64,000 nucleotides of DNA, taken from NCBI GenBank assembly GCA_052035175.1, contig JBPOHV010000001.1, forward strand, positions 622,428 to 686,427. Reading direction: 5' to 3'. The notes below the pieces were generated by a model. The model did no database searches. It had not been told where the DNA came from and worked only from the letters and a program-made list of their open reading frames with translations. This DNA comes from a candidate division WWE3 bacterium. Lineage in GTDB: Bacteria; Patescibacteriota; WWE3; UBA101185; UBA10185. Below are positions 19,981-28,591 of this stretch, in pieces (within the stretch, counting starts at the first letter, position 1; every line of letters begins with the position of its first letter). Both the position numbers and the translations under genes were made by a program.

Positions 19981-20034
19981 ACTGGCATTATATGCTAATA
20001 TGGGCGTAGATAAAATTCCCTGCCTACAATTAAT

Positions 20035-20910
20035 ATGGTGCCTGAGCAAGCTAAATTCTTAGTTATAGTAAACAGTATCATTAATAATGCCGAGCAAAAA
20101 ATTTTGATACTTAAACGTAGTCCAAAAAGAGAATATAACCCAGGTAAATGGGAATTACCTGGTGGTAAAGTTGCGCTTTACGAATCGTTAAAAAGCGCCG
20201 TCGAGAACCTTGTCTTCACAGATTACGGCATTTCAATTACATCAAATGATAATAGATACTACTGCAATAATCACTTTATCTCCGAAGGAAAATACAAAGG
20301 CTACGAGTATCTAGAGCTTACAACCGGTGCAAAATTGATCGCTGGCAGTGTAGATATAAGTATAGATGAATATACTCAATTTGAATGGATAAAGATTGAA
20401 GATGCATTTGATTACGACCTAACTATAAACACATTACACTCTTTGACGAAATATTATGAAGATGTAAAAAAGCTAGAAAACTTGGACGAACCGAACGAAC
20501 GCCCAGTAATCATAGTCGGAAGAGCACTTATAAAAAATAAAGATGACAAATTTTTATTTATTAAAAGAAGCGAAACTAATACATATCCAAATACTTGGGA
20601 ACTTCCAGGAGGAAAGCTAAATATGCTAGAAACAATCGACAATGCTGTAATCAGAGAAGTATTTGAAGAAACCAATCTTGTTTTGAAAATAAAAAACCTA
20701 GTCTTGTATATAAACAGTTATATCGAAAATTCTGGACGACATAGGGGATATACATATGTAAACTTTGTTAGCGATACGCAAATATCTTCTGGCAAGATAA
20801 AACTCACTGAAAAGCATTCTGCATACAAATGGGTAACAAAAAAAGAAATACAAGATTTGGAATTATCACCATATATGGGGTTACAAATTTCAGAAATCTT
20901 TTTTAAATAA
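20035..20910 (+). CDS. Tandem NUDIX-domain hydrolase
   Basis: Two WELPGGK motifs; second box intact (REVFEETNL), first degenerate. Confidence 0.85.
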   Translation: MVPEQAKFLVIVNSIINNAEQKILILKRSPKREYNPGKWELPGGKVALYESLKSAVENLVFTDYGISITSNDNRYYCNNHFISEGKYKGYEYLELTTGAKLIAGSVDISIDEYTQFEWIKIEDAFDYDLTINTLHSLTKYYEDVKKLENLDEPNERPVIIVGRALIKNKDDKFLFIKRSETNTYPNTWELPGGKLNMLETIDNAVIREVFEETNLVLKIKNLVLYINSYIENSGRHRGYTYVNFVSDTQISSGKIKLTEKHSAYKWVTKKEIQDLELSPYMGLQISEIFFK

Positions 20911-20947
20911 TTGACTAAGAAACAATACACATTGTAATATATTAACA

Positions 20948-21235
20948 TTGTTTAGCAATCTATCCCCAGAATTTATAGTCACTACACTTTTTGGCAGCGG
21001 TATTTTACTAACAACATTAAAAGGTAGCATTGAAATCGGCAGATTTTCACAAAGATTAGATAATTTAGAGAAACGCGTAGATAGTTTGGATGAAAAGTTA
21101 GATAGAAAAATCGAATCTCTAGACACAAAGCTAGAAGGGGCTTTCAGGTATTTAAACTCACGCATAGACAACTTGGCTTATTATGTTAGCGGCATAAAGC
21201 AAGCAGAAACCATAAAAACAACAACCCGCCAATAG
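20948..21235 (+). CDS. Small TM plus coiled-coil protein
   Basis: Hydrophobic N-terminus and heptad repeats LD.K. Confidence 0.55.
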   Translation: MFSNLSPEFIVTTLFGSGILLTTLKGSIEIGRFSQRLDNLEKRVDSLDEKLDRKIESLDTKLEGAFRYLNSRIDNLAYYVSGIKQAETIKTTTRQ

Positions 21236-21323
21236 GCGGATATACTTTAAATAAAGTAGATAGTTCAGGTAATAAATATTAAATTTCTTGCATCTCTAAA
21301 CAAACCCTTTAGTTGGTGCTAAA

Positions 21324-23108
21324 ATGAGGTCACTTCATATGAGTAAAATACGAAACGAACTAAAAGACGATCCTTTAATGCCATTAAGGCATACTGCAGA
21401 ACACATATTGCATATGTCTATGGAAAAACTATTTCCAGGCTTGATGAAAGTAATGGGACCACCTATTGAAAACGGGTTTTACCACGATTTTGACTATGAA
21501 GGAAAAGTTTCAGAAGAAGATTTTCCAAAAATCGAGGCTGAAATGCAAAAAATAATTGACGCTGATTTACCAATTAAACTAGTCGAAACTACCGTAAAAG
21601 AAGCCAAAGAAATATTTAGCTCTAATAAATACAAACTCGAGTTTTTGGAAGAAATTGAAAAAAAAGGCGAAAAAGTAACTTTGTATCAAATAGGTGAAAA
21701 AGACACACAATTTTATGATTTAGATCTGTGTGCAGGCCCACATATATCAAGTACTGGTGGCGTTAAAGCATTCAAACTCATGAATATAGCCGGAGCTTAT
21801 TGGAGAGGGGATTCAAACAACAAAATGTTAGGGCGCATTTATGGGACTGCATTTGATAAGCAAGAAGCTTTGGAAGAGTACCTGAAAAACTTGGAATTGG
21901 CCAAAGAACACGATCACAAAAAACTTGGCGTAGCTTTGGAATTGTTTATGTTCCACGAAACTGCTCCTGGTATGGCATATTGGTTACCAAAAGGCGTAAC
22001 ACTTTATAACGAGCTCGTTGAATTTTGGAGACAAGAACACAAACAAAGAGGCTATCTAGAAATATTTTCACCATTAATCAATAAAAAAGCATTATATGAA
22101 ACATCAGGACATTGGGAACATTACAAAGAAGACATGTTTATCGCTGATATGGGTGAAAATGAAGTCTTCGCTCTTAAACCAATGAATTGTCCAAACGCAA
22201 TGGTCGTTTTTGGAAGCAAATCACGATCTTATCGAGAACTACCATTTAGACTGGGTGACACTGACTGTTTACATAGATACGAGTTATCTGGCGCACTCAA
22301 TGGCTTACTTAGAATTCGAGAGTTTAGACAAGACGATGCACATATTTTTGTATCAGAAGATCAAATCAAAACTGAATTTCAAAATTTATTTGAAATTACA
22401 CAAAAGTTTTATTCTATATTTGGATTAGAATATAGATTTAGACTAGGAACCAGACCAGAAAAGTTTATGGGTGACCCAAAGTTGTGGGACCGTGCCGAAA
22501 AAGAACTTACTGAAATACTAGAAGAATCAGGTAAAGACTATTTTGTACGTGATGGAGATGGTGCATTTTATGGGCCAAAGATAGATATTTTGATGAAAGA
22601 TGCTTTGGGACGAGATTGGCAAATGGGTACACTGCAACTAGATTTACAGATTCCACGCAGGTTTGGATTGGAATACACCGATAAAGAAGGTAACGCACAA
22701 ACACCAATTGTTATCCATAGAGTGGTTTATGGATCATTAGAAAGATTCATAGGATTAATTACAGAACATTTTGGTGGGGCATTTCCGGTATGGTTAGCGC
22801 CCGTCCAAGTAAAAGTTATAACTATATCTGACAAACAAAATGACTACGCCTACAGCGTAAAACAAGCCCTAGAAGCTAAAAACATAAGAGTAGAGGTCGA
22901 TGACCGTAATGAATCAATGGGTGCAAAAATAAGAGACGCACAAATGCAAAAGACACCTTATATGTTGGTAGTAGGTGATAGAGAAAAAGAAAACAACCAA
23001 GTTAGCGTACGCTTACGCACCGGAGAAGACCTAAAAGCACTACCATTAAACGAAGTAACTGATAAAATATCTGAAATATATTTGACCAAAAGCCTACAGT
23101 TATGGTAA
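21324..23108 (+). CDS. thrS: Threonine--tRNA ligase (no N-terminal TGS domain)
   Basis: RHTAEH, DLCAGPH, KPMNCP, GAFYGPKID, GSLERF. Confidence 0.98.
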   Translation: MRSLHMSKIRNELKDDPLMPLRHTAEHILHMSMEKLFPGLMKVMGPPIENGFYHDFDYEGKVSEEDFPKIEAEMQKIIDADLPIKLVETTVKEAKEIFSSNKYKLEFLEEIEKKGEKVTLYQIGEKDTQFYDLDLCAGPHISSTGGVKAFKLMNIAGAYWRGDSNNKMLGRIYGTAFDKQEALEEYLKNLELAKEHDHKKLGVALELFMFHETAPGMAYWLPKGVTLYNELVEFWRQEHKQRGYLEIFSPLINKKALYETSGHWEHYKEDMFIADMGENEVFALKPMNCPNAMVVFGSKSRSYRELPFRLGDTDCLHRYELSGALNGLLRIREFRQDDAHIFVSEDQIKTEFQNLFEITQKFYSIFGLEYRFRLGTRPEKFMGDPKLWDRAEKELTEILEESGKDYFVRDGDGAFYGPKIDILMKDALGRDWQMGTLQLDLQIPRRFGLEYTDKEGNAQTPIVIHRVVYGSLERFIGLITEHFGGAFPVWLAPVQVKVITISDKQNDYAYSVKQALEAKNIRVEVDDRNESMGAKIRDAQMQKTPYMLVVGDREKENNQVSVRLRTGEDLKALPLNEVTDKISEIYLTKSLQLW

Positions 23109-23141
23109 GTTTTAGGGCGTAAAGACGGAGGTTTTTCAACT

Positions 23142-23651
23142 ATACAAAGAAAATACGATATAAATGAACGAATAAGGTTGCGAGAGATGCTAGTAATCAC
23201 TAGAGATGGTGAAAATCTCGGGGTCATAACCAAAGAGCAGGCCTTGAGAGAAGCAAAAGAACGAGAGCTCGATTTGGTTGTCATAGCTGAGAATTCTCAG
23301 CCTCCTGTAGCCAAGATCTTAGACTTTAAGAAGTTTTTGTACGAAGAAAACAAAAAGCTTTCTGCAGCTAAGTCTAGAGCAAAAAAGAGTGAACTTAAGA
23401 TCTTTGAGATAGGTCTTTACATAAGTAAAGGCGATCTAGACAAGAAATTGGGTAGATCAAAAGAGTTTTTACAAGACGGAAATCGAGTAAAGTTTTCTAT
23501 CAAAATGAGAGGAAGACAAAACTTGTTTCCTGAAGTAGCCTTGGAAAAACTACAGATTATTGAAAAAGAACTTGAAGGTATAGGAAAAAAAGAGTCTGAA
23601 CCTAAAAGACAAGGAAATGGCTTTTGGGTAGTATATGTTTCTGCAAAATGA
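23142..23651 (+). CDS. infC: Translation initiation factor IF-3, non-AUG (ATA) start
   Basis: GGAGG SD then in-frame ATA; INERI, LDLV, PPVAKILDF; sits between thrS and rpmI. Confidence 0.92.
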   Translation: MQRKYDINERIRLREMLVITRDGENLGVITKEQALREAKERELDLVVIAENSQPPVAKILDFKKFLYEENKKLSAAKSRAKKSELKIFEIGLYISKGDLDKKLGRSKEFLQDGNRVKFSIKMRGRQNLFPEVALEKLQIIEKELEGIGKKESEPKRQGNGFWVVYVSAK

Positions 23652-23663
23652 TATAAGTTTGAT

Positions 23664-23873
23664 ATGAAGACAAGAAAAACGTTAATAAAAAGAATAAAAA
23701 TAACAAAAAGCGGTAAAATTGTTAAAAAGCAAAATAGCACAGGCCATTTAAAAGCAAAATGGGACGCTAGCAGAAAAACAAGAAAAAGAACCAGACTAGT
23801 ACAATTGAACAAAGGACATAGAAGGTTATTTAAAAAAATGCTAGGAAAAGCAGGAAAAAAGATAAAAGGTTAA
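23664..23873 (+). CDS. rpmI: 50S ribosomal protein L35
   Basis: MKTRK..KRIKITKSGK; synteny. Confidence 0.93.
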   Translation: MKTRKTLIKRIKITKSGKIVKKQNSTGHLKAKWDASRKTRKRTRLVQLNKGHRRLFKKMLGKAGKKIKG

Positions 23874-23877
23874 TAAT

Positions 23878-24234
23878 ATGCCAAGAGCAAAAGGTGGATT
23901 TAAAACAAAACGAAAACATAATAAAGTACTTAGCTTAGCAAAAGGCTATCGTGGTACTAGAAATAGACTTTTCAAAAGAGCTAATGAAGCAGTCTTAAGA
24001 GCAGGAGAACATGCATTTGCAGGACGTAAAATAAAACGAAGAGATTTGCGCAGATTATGGATTGTACGTATAAATGCTGCACTCATGCCATTTGATATCA
24101 AATACAGCCGATTTATAAATGCTCTCAAAAAAGCAAATATCGACTTGGATCGCAAAGTATTATCCGACATGGCTATTACTGATCCCAAATCTTTTGAAAA
24201 GGTGGTTGAAAAAGCCAAAGAATCGTTTAATTAG
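23878..24234 (+). CDS. rplT: 50S ribosomal protein L20
   Basis: AKGYRG, RRLWIVRINAA, LDRKVLSD. Confidence 0.98.
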   Translation: MPRAKGGFKTKRKHNKVLSLAKGYRGTRNRLFKRANEAVLRAGEHAFAGRKIKRRDLRRLWIVRINAALMPFDIKYSRFINALKKANIDLDRKVLSDMAITDPKSFEKVVEKAKESFN

Positions 24235-24269
24235 TTTAATTCGACCAACTACCCTGATAGAATATCAAT

Positions 24270-25298
24270 ATGGATTTGGAACGCGATGTAAAAGCATTAC
24301 AAGATAAGTTTCTACTCGATCTTACTGAAGCCAGACAAACTGGTAATTTTGACAAGCTTTATCTAAACTATTTTTCAAAAAGTCATGGAGCTACCATCGC
24401 ACTATTGCAAGTGTTACCAAAGATGTCGTCGGATGAAAAACGCGTTTGGGGACCAATTTTGAATGCTCTTCAAGAAAAGCAAAAATCTGACATCGAAGAA
24501 GCAAAATATCAGTATAATCAAAATTTGTACAACGACCCTACAATCGATCTAACAATTCCACAAGTACCACAAAAAGTGGGAAGACTGCATCCTACAACTC
24601 AAACTTTTAGAGAAATGAATGAATTCTTTAGATATCTAGGATTTTCTGTTATAGATGGGCCAGAAATTGAGACAGCATTATATAACTTCCGTAAACTAAA
24701 TTTACCAGAAGGCCATCCGGCAAACGATTTGCAAGACAGTTTGTTTATACATAAAGACGATAAAAATAGCGATAATGATATTTTATTAAGAACACAGACT
24801 TCATCGGTAGAAGCCAGAATTTTGTCAGAATACAAACCGCCGATCAGGATTGTCGTTCCTGGCAATTGTTTTAGAAACGAAACTTTGAATATGACCAATA
24901 GTGACTTTTTTACGCAATTTCAAGGCGTTGTTGTTGATAAAGGTATAACAATACAGCACTTGAAAACTACCTTGACACAATTTCATAAATTTTTGTTTGG
25001 AGATGATGTTGTATTGAGATTTAGATACAAATATTATCCAGAAGTTAGCCCTGGAATGGGCGTAGACATGAAATGCAAATTTTGTGAAGGAACCGGCTGC
25101 ACCACATGCAAACAACGTGGGTGGATCGAAGTATTAGGCAGCGGTATGATTCATTACAATACGCTCAAGATGTGTGGAATAGATCCAGAAATTTATACTG
25201 GATATGCATTTGGTATAGGAAGCGACAGACAAGTAATGATGAAACACGGAATCACAGACATCAGAGCATTATACGGAGCTGGTTTGGTATATAAATAA
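24270..25298 (+). CDS. pheS: Phenylalanine--tRNA ligase alpha subunit
   Basis: GRLHP, NF..LN.PEGHPA, LLRTQTS, GWIEVLGSGM. Confidence 0.97.
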   Translation: MDLERDVKALQDKFLLDLTEARQTGNFDKLYLNYFSKSHGATIALLQVLPKMSSDEKRVWGPILNALQEKQKSDIEEAKYQYNQNLYNDPTIDLTIPQVPQKVGRLHPTTQTFREMNEFFRYLGFSVIDGPEIETALYNFRKLNLPEGHPANDLQDSLFIHKDDKNSDNDILLRTQTSSVEARILSEYKPPIRIVVPGNCFRNETLNMTNSDFFTQFQGVVVDKGITIQHLKTTLTQFHKFLFGDDVVLRFRYKYYPEVSPGMGVDMKCKFCEGTGCTTCKQRGWIEVLGSGMIHYNTLKMCGIDPEIYTGYAFGIGSDRQVMMKHGITDIRALYGAGLVYK

Positions 25299-25306
25299 AA
25301 ACAAAT

Positions 25307-27250
25307 ATGAAAATACCTGTTGAATGGTTATCTGAATACATAAAAATAAATAAGACGCCAAAAGAACTAGCGCAAGACTTTACAGCGGTTGGATTGATGC
25401 TTGATAAGTATGATGAAAAAAACAGTGTACTCGATCTAGAACACCGCATGGATCGCTCTGATTGGCTTTCTATATTAGGGTGTGCTAGAGATTTGGCAGC
25501 ATATAACAAAACTGAACTAAGATATCCAAAAGCTTACTTAGCAGATTTACCAAAGATTCCTGAAAGTGAGCAAGTGCAAATAAATGTAGAAGGAACTGAT
25601 TTTGTTAATAGATTTTATACACGTATTTTCAAAAACATAAAAATACAAGATTCTCCAGATTGGCTGAAAAAGCGATTGGAAGCATATGGTTTACCTTCTA
25701 TAAATAATATTGTAGATATAACCAATTATGTAATGGTCGAATACGGACAACCAATGCACGCACACGACTTGGACAAAATGCAAACAAAAGAGATTACTTT
25801 CAGACACGCAAAACCTGGTGAAAAGATTGTAACCTTGCTAGGACAAGAGATAGAACTCGACTCTAATACTTGGATAACAACAAACAACAATTTACCTACA
25901 GGCGTAGCTGGAATTGTAGGTGGAAAACAAGTAGCAATAGATGCGACAACAAAAAATATTGTTTTGGATTCTGGAAATTATAATCAAACAACAATTAGGC
26001 ATACATCAAGAAACATTAAAATAACCAATGAAACTGTTTTGCGCACAGATAAGTTTTTGCACGCGCACAACAATGAACTTGCAATAAAAAGAGCAACTCA
26101 GCTCATACTAGAACTGGCAGGCGGGGACGCTTTTGAAAATTTCGACTATTATCCAACGAGGCAAGGCCTGACCAAGCAACAGCTTAGATATAGCAGACTA
26201 GTAAAAATTGGCGGTATGCATTTTTCAGACGCTGAAATTGAAGATATTTTAACGAGATTAGAATACAAAGTATTATCAAAAAAAGAAGCTGAAGATAATA
26301 CAAAGTTATGGGAACTCGAAGTACCTTATTTTAGAACAGACGTCCAAGTCGAAGACGACATTGTCGCAGATATATTGCGAATAAACGATTACAACAAAAT
26401 ACCAGCCGCATCGATAGACATGGCACCACCATCAGAGATAACACCTGCGGCATATAAATTTGAACAACTATTAAAAGATGAATTGGTAAAATTAGGTCTT
26501 GACGAACATATAACTGCCCCAATGATACCTATCGACAAACTTAACACCGAGCAAGTAACGATTTTGAGTAGCCTGAGCGCAGACAGACAAGGTCTGAGAA
26601 CAAATGTATATACTACGTTGAAAGCTGCTATCGACACTTATAAAAAGCACAATTTACATGAAATAGGGGTATTTGAAATAGGAAATACTTTTCACAAAAC
26701 TGGGAATGGTTCAAAACACGAAGACTATTTAGAAAAAAAGGAAGTAGAAATAATATACGAAAATACTCAGATGAACGTGAAAGAAAACTCAATCAAACTG
26801 AGACAAATTTTAGCAAGCTTATTAACTACTTTGGGAATCGCTAACTACTATCTAGAAAAAGAAGGTCAAAATGTGTGTATAAAATCACAAAGTCAAAATA
26901 CTTTGGGAATACTCACACATACGCACGCTACCTTGGCGATTGATACGTTGCTACTTGAGTATAAAAAACCAAGGTTAGCTATTTCTGAAATGCAAAACTT
27001 TACCAACTTTGATATTTCTTTGGTTATGAATCTAGAGCAACAATTTGGTGCGATATATAAATCTATTAAAGATTTTGATCAAAATATTGTTGATGTCGTT
27101 GTTGCTGAAGACTACATTGGTGCAAATGTCGAACAAGGCAAAAAAGCTGTGTTGGTTCAAATTACGCATAAATTAGCTGATACTTCAGAAGCACGAGTTA
27201 AGCTTTTGGAACATTTGGTTAAAACTTTTAATATTTCTCACCGCAGTTAA
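25307..27250 (+). CDS. pheT: Phenylalanine--tRNA ligase beta subunit (short form)
   Basis: R.DWLS..G.ARD, NNIVDITNYVM.E.GQPMHA.D, VPYFRTD. Confidence 0.95.
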   Translation: MKIPVEWLSEYIKINKTPKELAQDFTAVGLMLDKYDEKNSVLDLEHRMDRSDWLSILGCARDLAAYNKTELRYPKAYLADLPKIPESEQVQINVEGTDFVNRFYTRIFKNIKIQDSPDWLKKRLEAYGLPSINNIVDITNYVMVEYGQPMHAHDLDKMQTKEITFRHAKPGEKIVTLLGQEIELDSNTWITTNNNLPTGVAGIVGGKQVAIDATTKNIVLDSGNYNQTTIRHTSRNIKITNETVLRTDKFLHAHNNELAIKRATQLILELAGGDAFENFDYYPTRQGLTKQQLRYSRLVKIGGMHFSDAEIEDILTRLEYKVLSKKEAEDNTKLWELEVPYFRTDVQVEDDIVADILRINDYNKIPAASIDMAPPSEITPAAYKFEQLLKDELVKLGLDEHITAPMIPIDKLNTEQVTILSSLSADRQGLRTNVYTTLKAAIDTYKKHNLHEIGVFEIGNTFHKTGNGSKHEDYLEKKEVEIIYENTQMNVKENSIKLRQILASLLTTLGIANYYLEKEGQNVCIKSQSQNTLGILTHTHATLAIDTLLLEYKKPRLAISEMQNFTNFDISLVMNLEQQFGAIYKSIKDFDQNIVDVVVAEDYIGANVEQGKKAVLVQITHKLADTSEARVKLLEHLVKTFNISHRS

Positions 27251-27274
27251 GGACCTGGTCAGACCTGGTCTAGT
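27247..27274 (+). repeat. Left 28-bp terminal inverted repeat of the RNA island (GACCWGGTC family)
   Basis: ttaaggacctggtcagacctggtctagt is the exact reverse complement of 28592-28619. Confidence 0.9.
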
Positions 27275-27300
27275 GTTCATAAATATGTTATCGTCTCATC

Positions 27301-27435
27301 GTAGGTTTTGTGAGCAGCTAATCCCGCGGCCCGGGAAGTAGCTGTCTTAATCAACACAAGACCTGCAACACCAGATGGGAACAGTAGCTTCAAAGTGACG
27401 TTTGTCGCACCTCCCATCTGGTTTTTCTTTTTTTT
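27301..27435 (+). ncRNA. Structured RNA unit 1 (two long hairpins plus U-tract)
   Basis: Extended -10-like TGTTATCGT at 27286-27294; stems 27301-12/27355-66 and 27371-80/27412-21; T-run follows. Confidence 0.55.
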
Positions 27436-27469
27436 GCACTTCCGAGACAATCATAGTAATATCCCAACA

Positions 27470-27549
27470 GCTAAAGCAGTGGCGAGATATGTGTAGGCGA
27501 AAGCCAGCAAGCCGCGAATCGCGGAACACTAATCTCCCTCTGCTTTAGC
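27470..27549 (+). ncRNA. Structured RNA unit 2 (three-way junction, GAAA tetraloop)
   Basis: Promoter TTGCAC-17-TAATAT; closing stem GCTAAAGCAG/CTGCTTTAGC; GGC-GAAA-GCC and CCGCG-AAT-CGCGG arms. Confidence 0.6.
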
Positions 27550-27578
27550 ACACTCGTTTAAAGGTTAAACCTTCATAT

Positions 27579-27607
27579 TTGCTTATTTTAAAAGTTTTGT
27601 ATAGAAT
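27579..27607 (+). promoter_or_regulatory. sigma70-type promoter for unit 3
   Basis: TTGCTT-17 bp-TAGAAT. Confidence 0.65.
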
Positions 27608-27620
27608 GCACTCCATCGCC

Positions 27621-27692
27621 GGAGATGTAGCTCAATTGGGAGAGCACCGAGCTTTTGCTCGTAGGTTGCAGGTTCGAGTCCCGCCATTTCCA
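27621..27692 (+). ncRNA. tRNA-like RNA with 6-nt anticodon loop (CTTTTG; Lys-like), no CCA
   Basis: GGAGATG/CATTTCC acceptor, GCTC/GAGC D-arm, GGTTCGAGTCC T-arm; CGAG-CTTTTG-CTCG. Confidence 0.75.
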
Positions 27693-27694
27693 TT

Positions 27695-27788
27695 CGAGTG
27701 CACAACAGGTAGAACGTCTCCTATCATGTTGTGCGCTCGTGTAGGGCTGACAAGGTGATGCGCTCGCATCATTAACCTTGTCAGCCCT
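27695..27788 (+). ncRNA. Two long hairpins 3' of tRNA mimic 1
   Basis: Stems 27695-707/27727-739 (loop AACGTCTC) and 27743-756/27775-788. Confidence 0.65.
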
Positions 27789-27839
27789 CCTCCAAATTCT
27801 TCACATACACCACTTACGTGATACTATTCAAACATTAAA

Positions 27840-27927
27840 ATGTGCAAGCGGGAAACTATATGCACATACGGAGTGAAGCTTAGAAATGCTCGGTCAGGCA
27901 TCGGGGATTTTATTCTAGCTTCACTCC
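27840..27927 (+). ncRNA. Structured RNA unit 4 (two hairpins)
   Basis: TTCACA-16-TACTAT upstream; ATGTGCA/TGCACAT and GGAGTGAAGCT/AGCTTCACTCC. Confidence 0.5.
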
Positions 27928-27960
27928 TTTGCTTTCTAAACACCCAACTTTAAGATTTGA

Positions 27961-27989
27961 TTGACCTATAGTTGTGGTGTTGTTATACT
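27961..27989 (+). promoter_or_regulatory. sigma70-type promoter for unit 5
   Basis: TTGACC-17 bp-TATACT with extended TG. Confidence 0.75.
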
Positions 27990-28001
27990 AGCGTTTGATA
28001 A

Positions 28002-28076
28002 ACTGTGCCCAAGAAACTTGGACACAGTATCGTTGGGGCATTGCTTCGCCGCAAGGCACAGGAAAAGCAATGCCCC
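28002..28076 (+). ncRNA. Two hairpins 5' of tRNA-Ile(TAT)
   Basis: ACTGTGCCCAAG/CTTGGACACAGT and GGGGCATTGCTT/AAGCAATGCCCC. Confidence 0.55.
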
Positions 28077-28086
28077 CATTTTCTTT

Positions 28087-28160
28087 AGGGATGTGGCGCA
28101 ATTGGAAGACGCGTCGGACTTATAATCCGAATTTTGCGGGTTCGAAGCCCGTCATCCCTA
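28087..28160 (+). tRNA. tRNA-Ile(TAT) candidate, atypical, no encoded CCA
   Basis: AGGGATG/CATCCCT plus discriminator A; TCGGA-CTTATAA-TCCGA; GCGGG-TTCGAAG-CCCGT. Confidence 0.75.
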
Positions 28161-28166
28161 TATAGC

Positions 28167-28245
28167 CTACAAGAACAAACGTCTCTCTTGTAGACTTACT
28201 GGATGCATTTGGTGATAGCCTCCTTCTATCTTCTAATGCATCCAG
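28167..28245 (+). ncRNA. Two hairpins 3' of tRNA-Ile(TAT); second displays CCTCCTT
   Basis: CTACAAGA/TCTTGTAG (loop contains AACGTCTC); CTGGATGCATT/AATGCATCCAG enclosing GATAG-CCTCCTT-CTATC. Confidence 0.65.
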
Positions 28246-28260
28246 TTTATTCAAATGTTA

Positions 28261-28287
28261 TTTAAGGACCTGGTCAGACCTGGTCTA
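28261..28287 (+). repeat. Internal GACCWGGTC-family repeat copy
   Basis: tttaaggacctggtcagacctggtcta; direct copy of the left repeat, inverted to 28594-28620. Confidence 0.9.
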
Positions 28288-28358
28288 ATATTTATAAATC
28301 CCACGTCTTAGGTTAATAGCTTATTTTTTTTAATAGATTGTTTTTTTAATGGACAAGT

Positions 28359-28387
28359 TTGCCTTTTGTTCGGGTACTTAGTATAAT
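28359..28387 (+). promoter_or_regulatory. sigma70-type promoter for unit 6
   Basis: TTGCCT-17 bp-TATAAT. Confidence 0.7.
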
Positions 28388-28400
28388 CCAAGACATAAAA

Positions 28401-28471
28401 GGCGGTATAGCTCAGCGGGAGAGCACCGGGCGACAACCCGGAAGTCCGTGGTCCGACTCCACGTGCCGCCA
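28401..28471 (+). ncRNA. tRNA-like RNA with 6-nt anticodon loop (CGACAA; Val-like, no U33), no CCA
   Basis: GGCGGTA/TGCCGCC acceptor, GCTC/GAGC D-arm, CCGGG-CGACAA-CCCGG, CGTGG-TCCGACT-CCACG. Confidence 0.75.
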
Positions 28472-28476
28472 ATCCG

Positions 28477-28575
28477 GAGTATATTATGCGGTCGTAACCA
28501 ATCGTTCCGCTTATATACTCTAGAGTAGAGTGAACTAAGGGCCTTACCTAAGGCGTTCGCCTTTAGTTCACTCTA
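28477..28575 (+). ncRNA. Two long hairpins 3' of tRNA mimic 2
   Basis: GAGTATAT..GCGG/CCGC..ATATACTC and TAGAGTGAACTAAGGG/CCTTTAGTTCACTCTA. Confidence 0.65.
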
Positions 28576-28591
28576 ATTTTCTTTATTGGAA

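Noticed and set aside
23142-23144. ATA start of infC as a novelty
   Set aside because: Non-AUG initiation of infC is established autoregulation.
27347-27529. 60-aa minus-strand ORF in the island
   Set aside because: It has no recognisable features, crosses two hairpin units, and runs antisense to their promoters.
27301-27927. Assignment of units to SRP RNA, tmRNA, RNase P RNA or a known riboswitch
   Set aside because: I could not find the diagnostic motifs by eye, and no downstream ORF exists; an Rfam search is needed.
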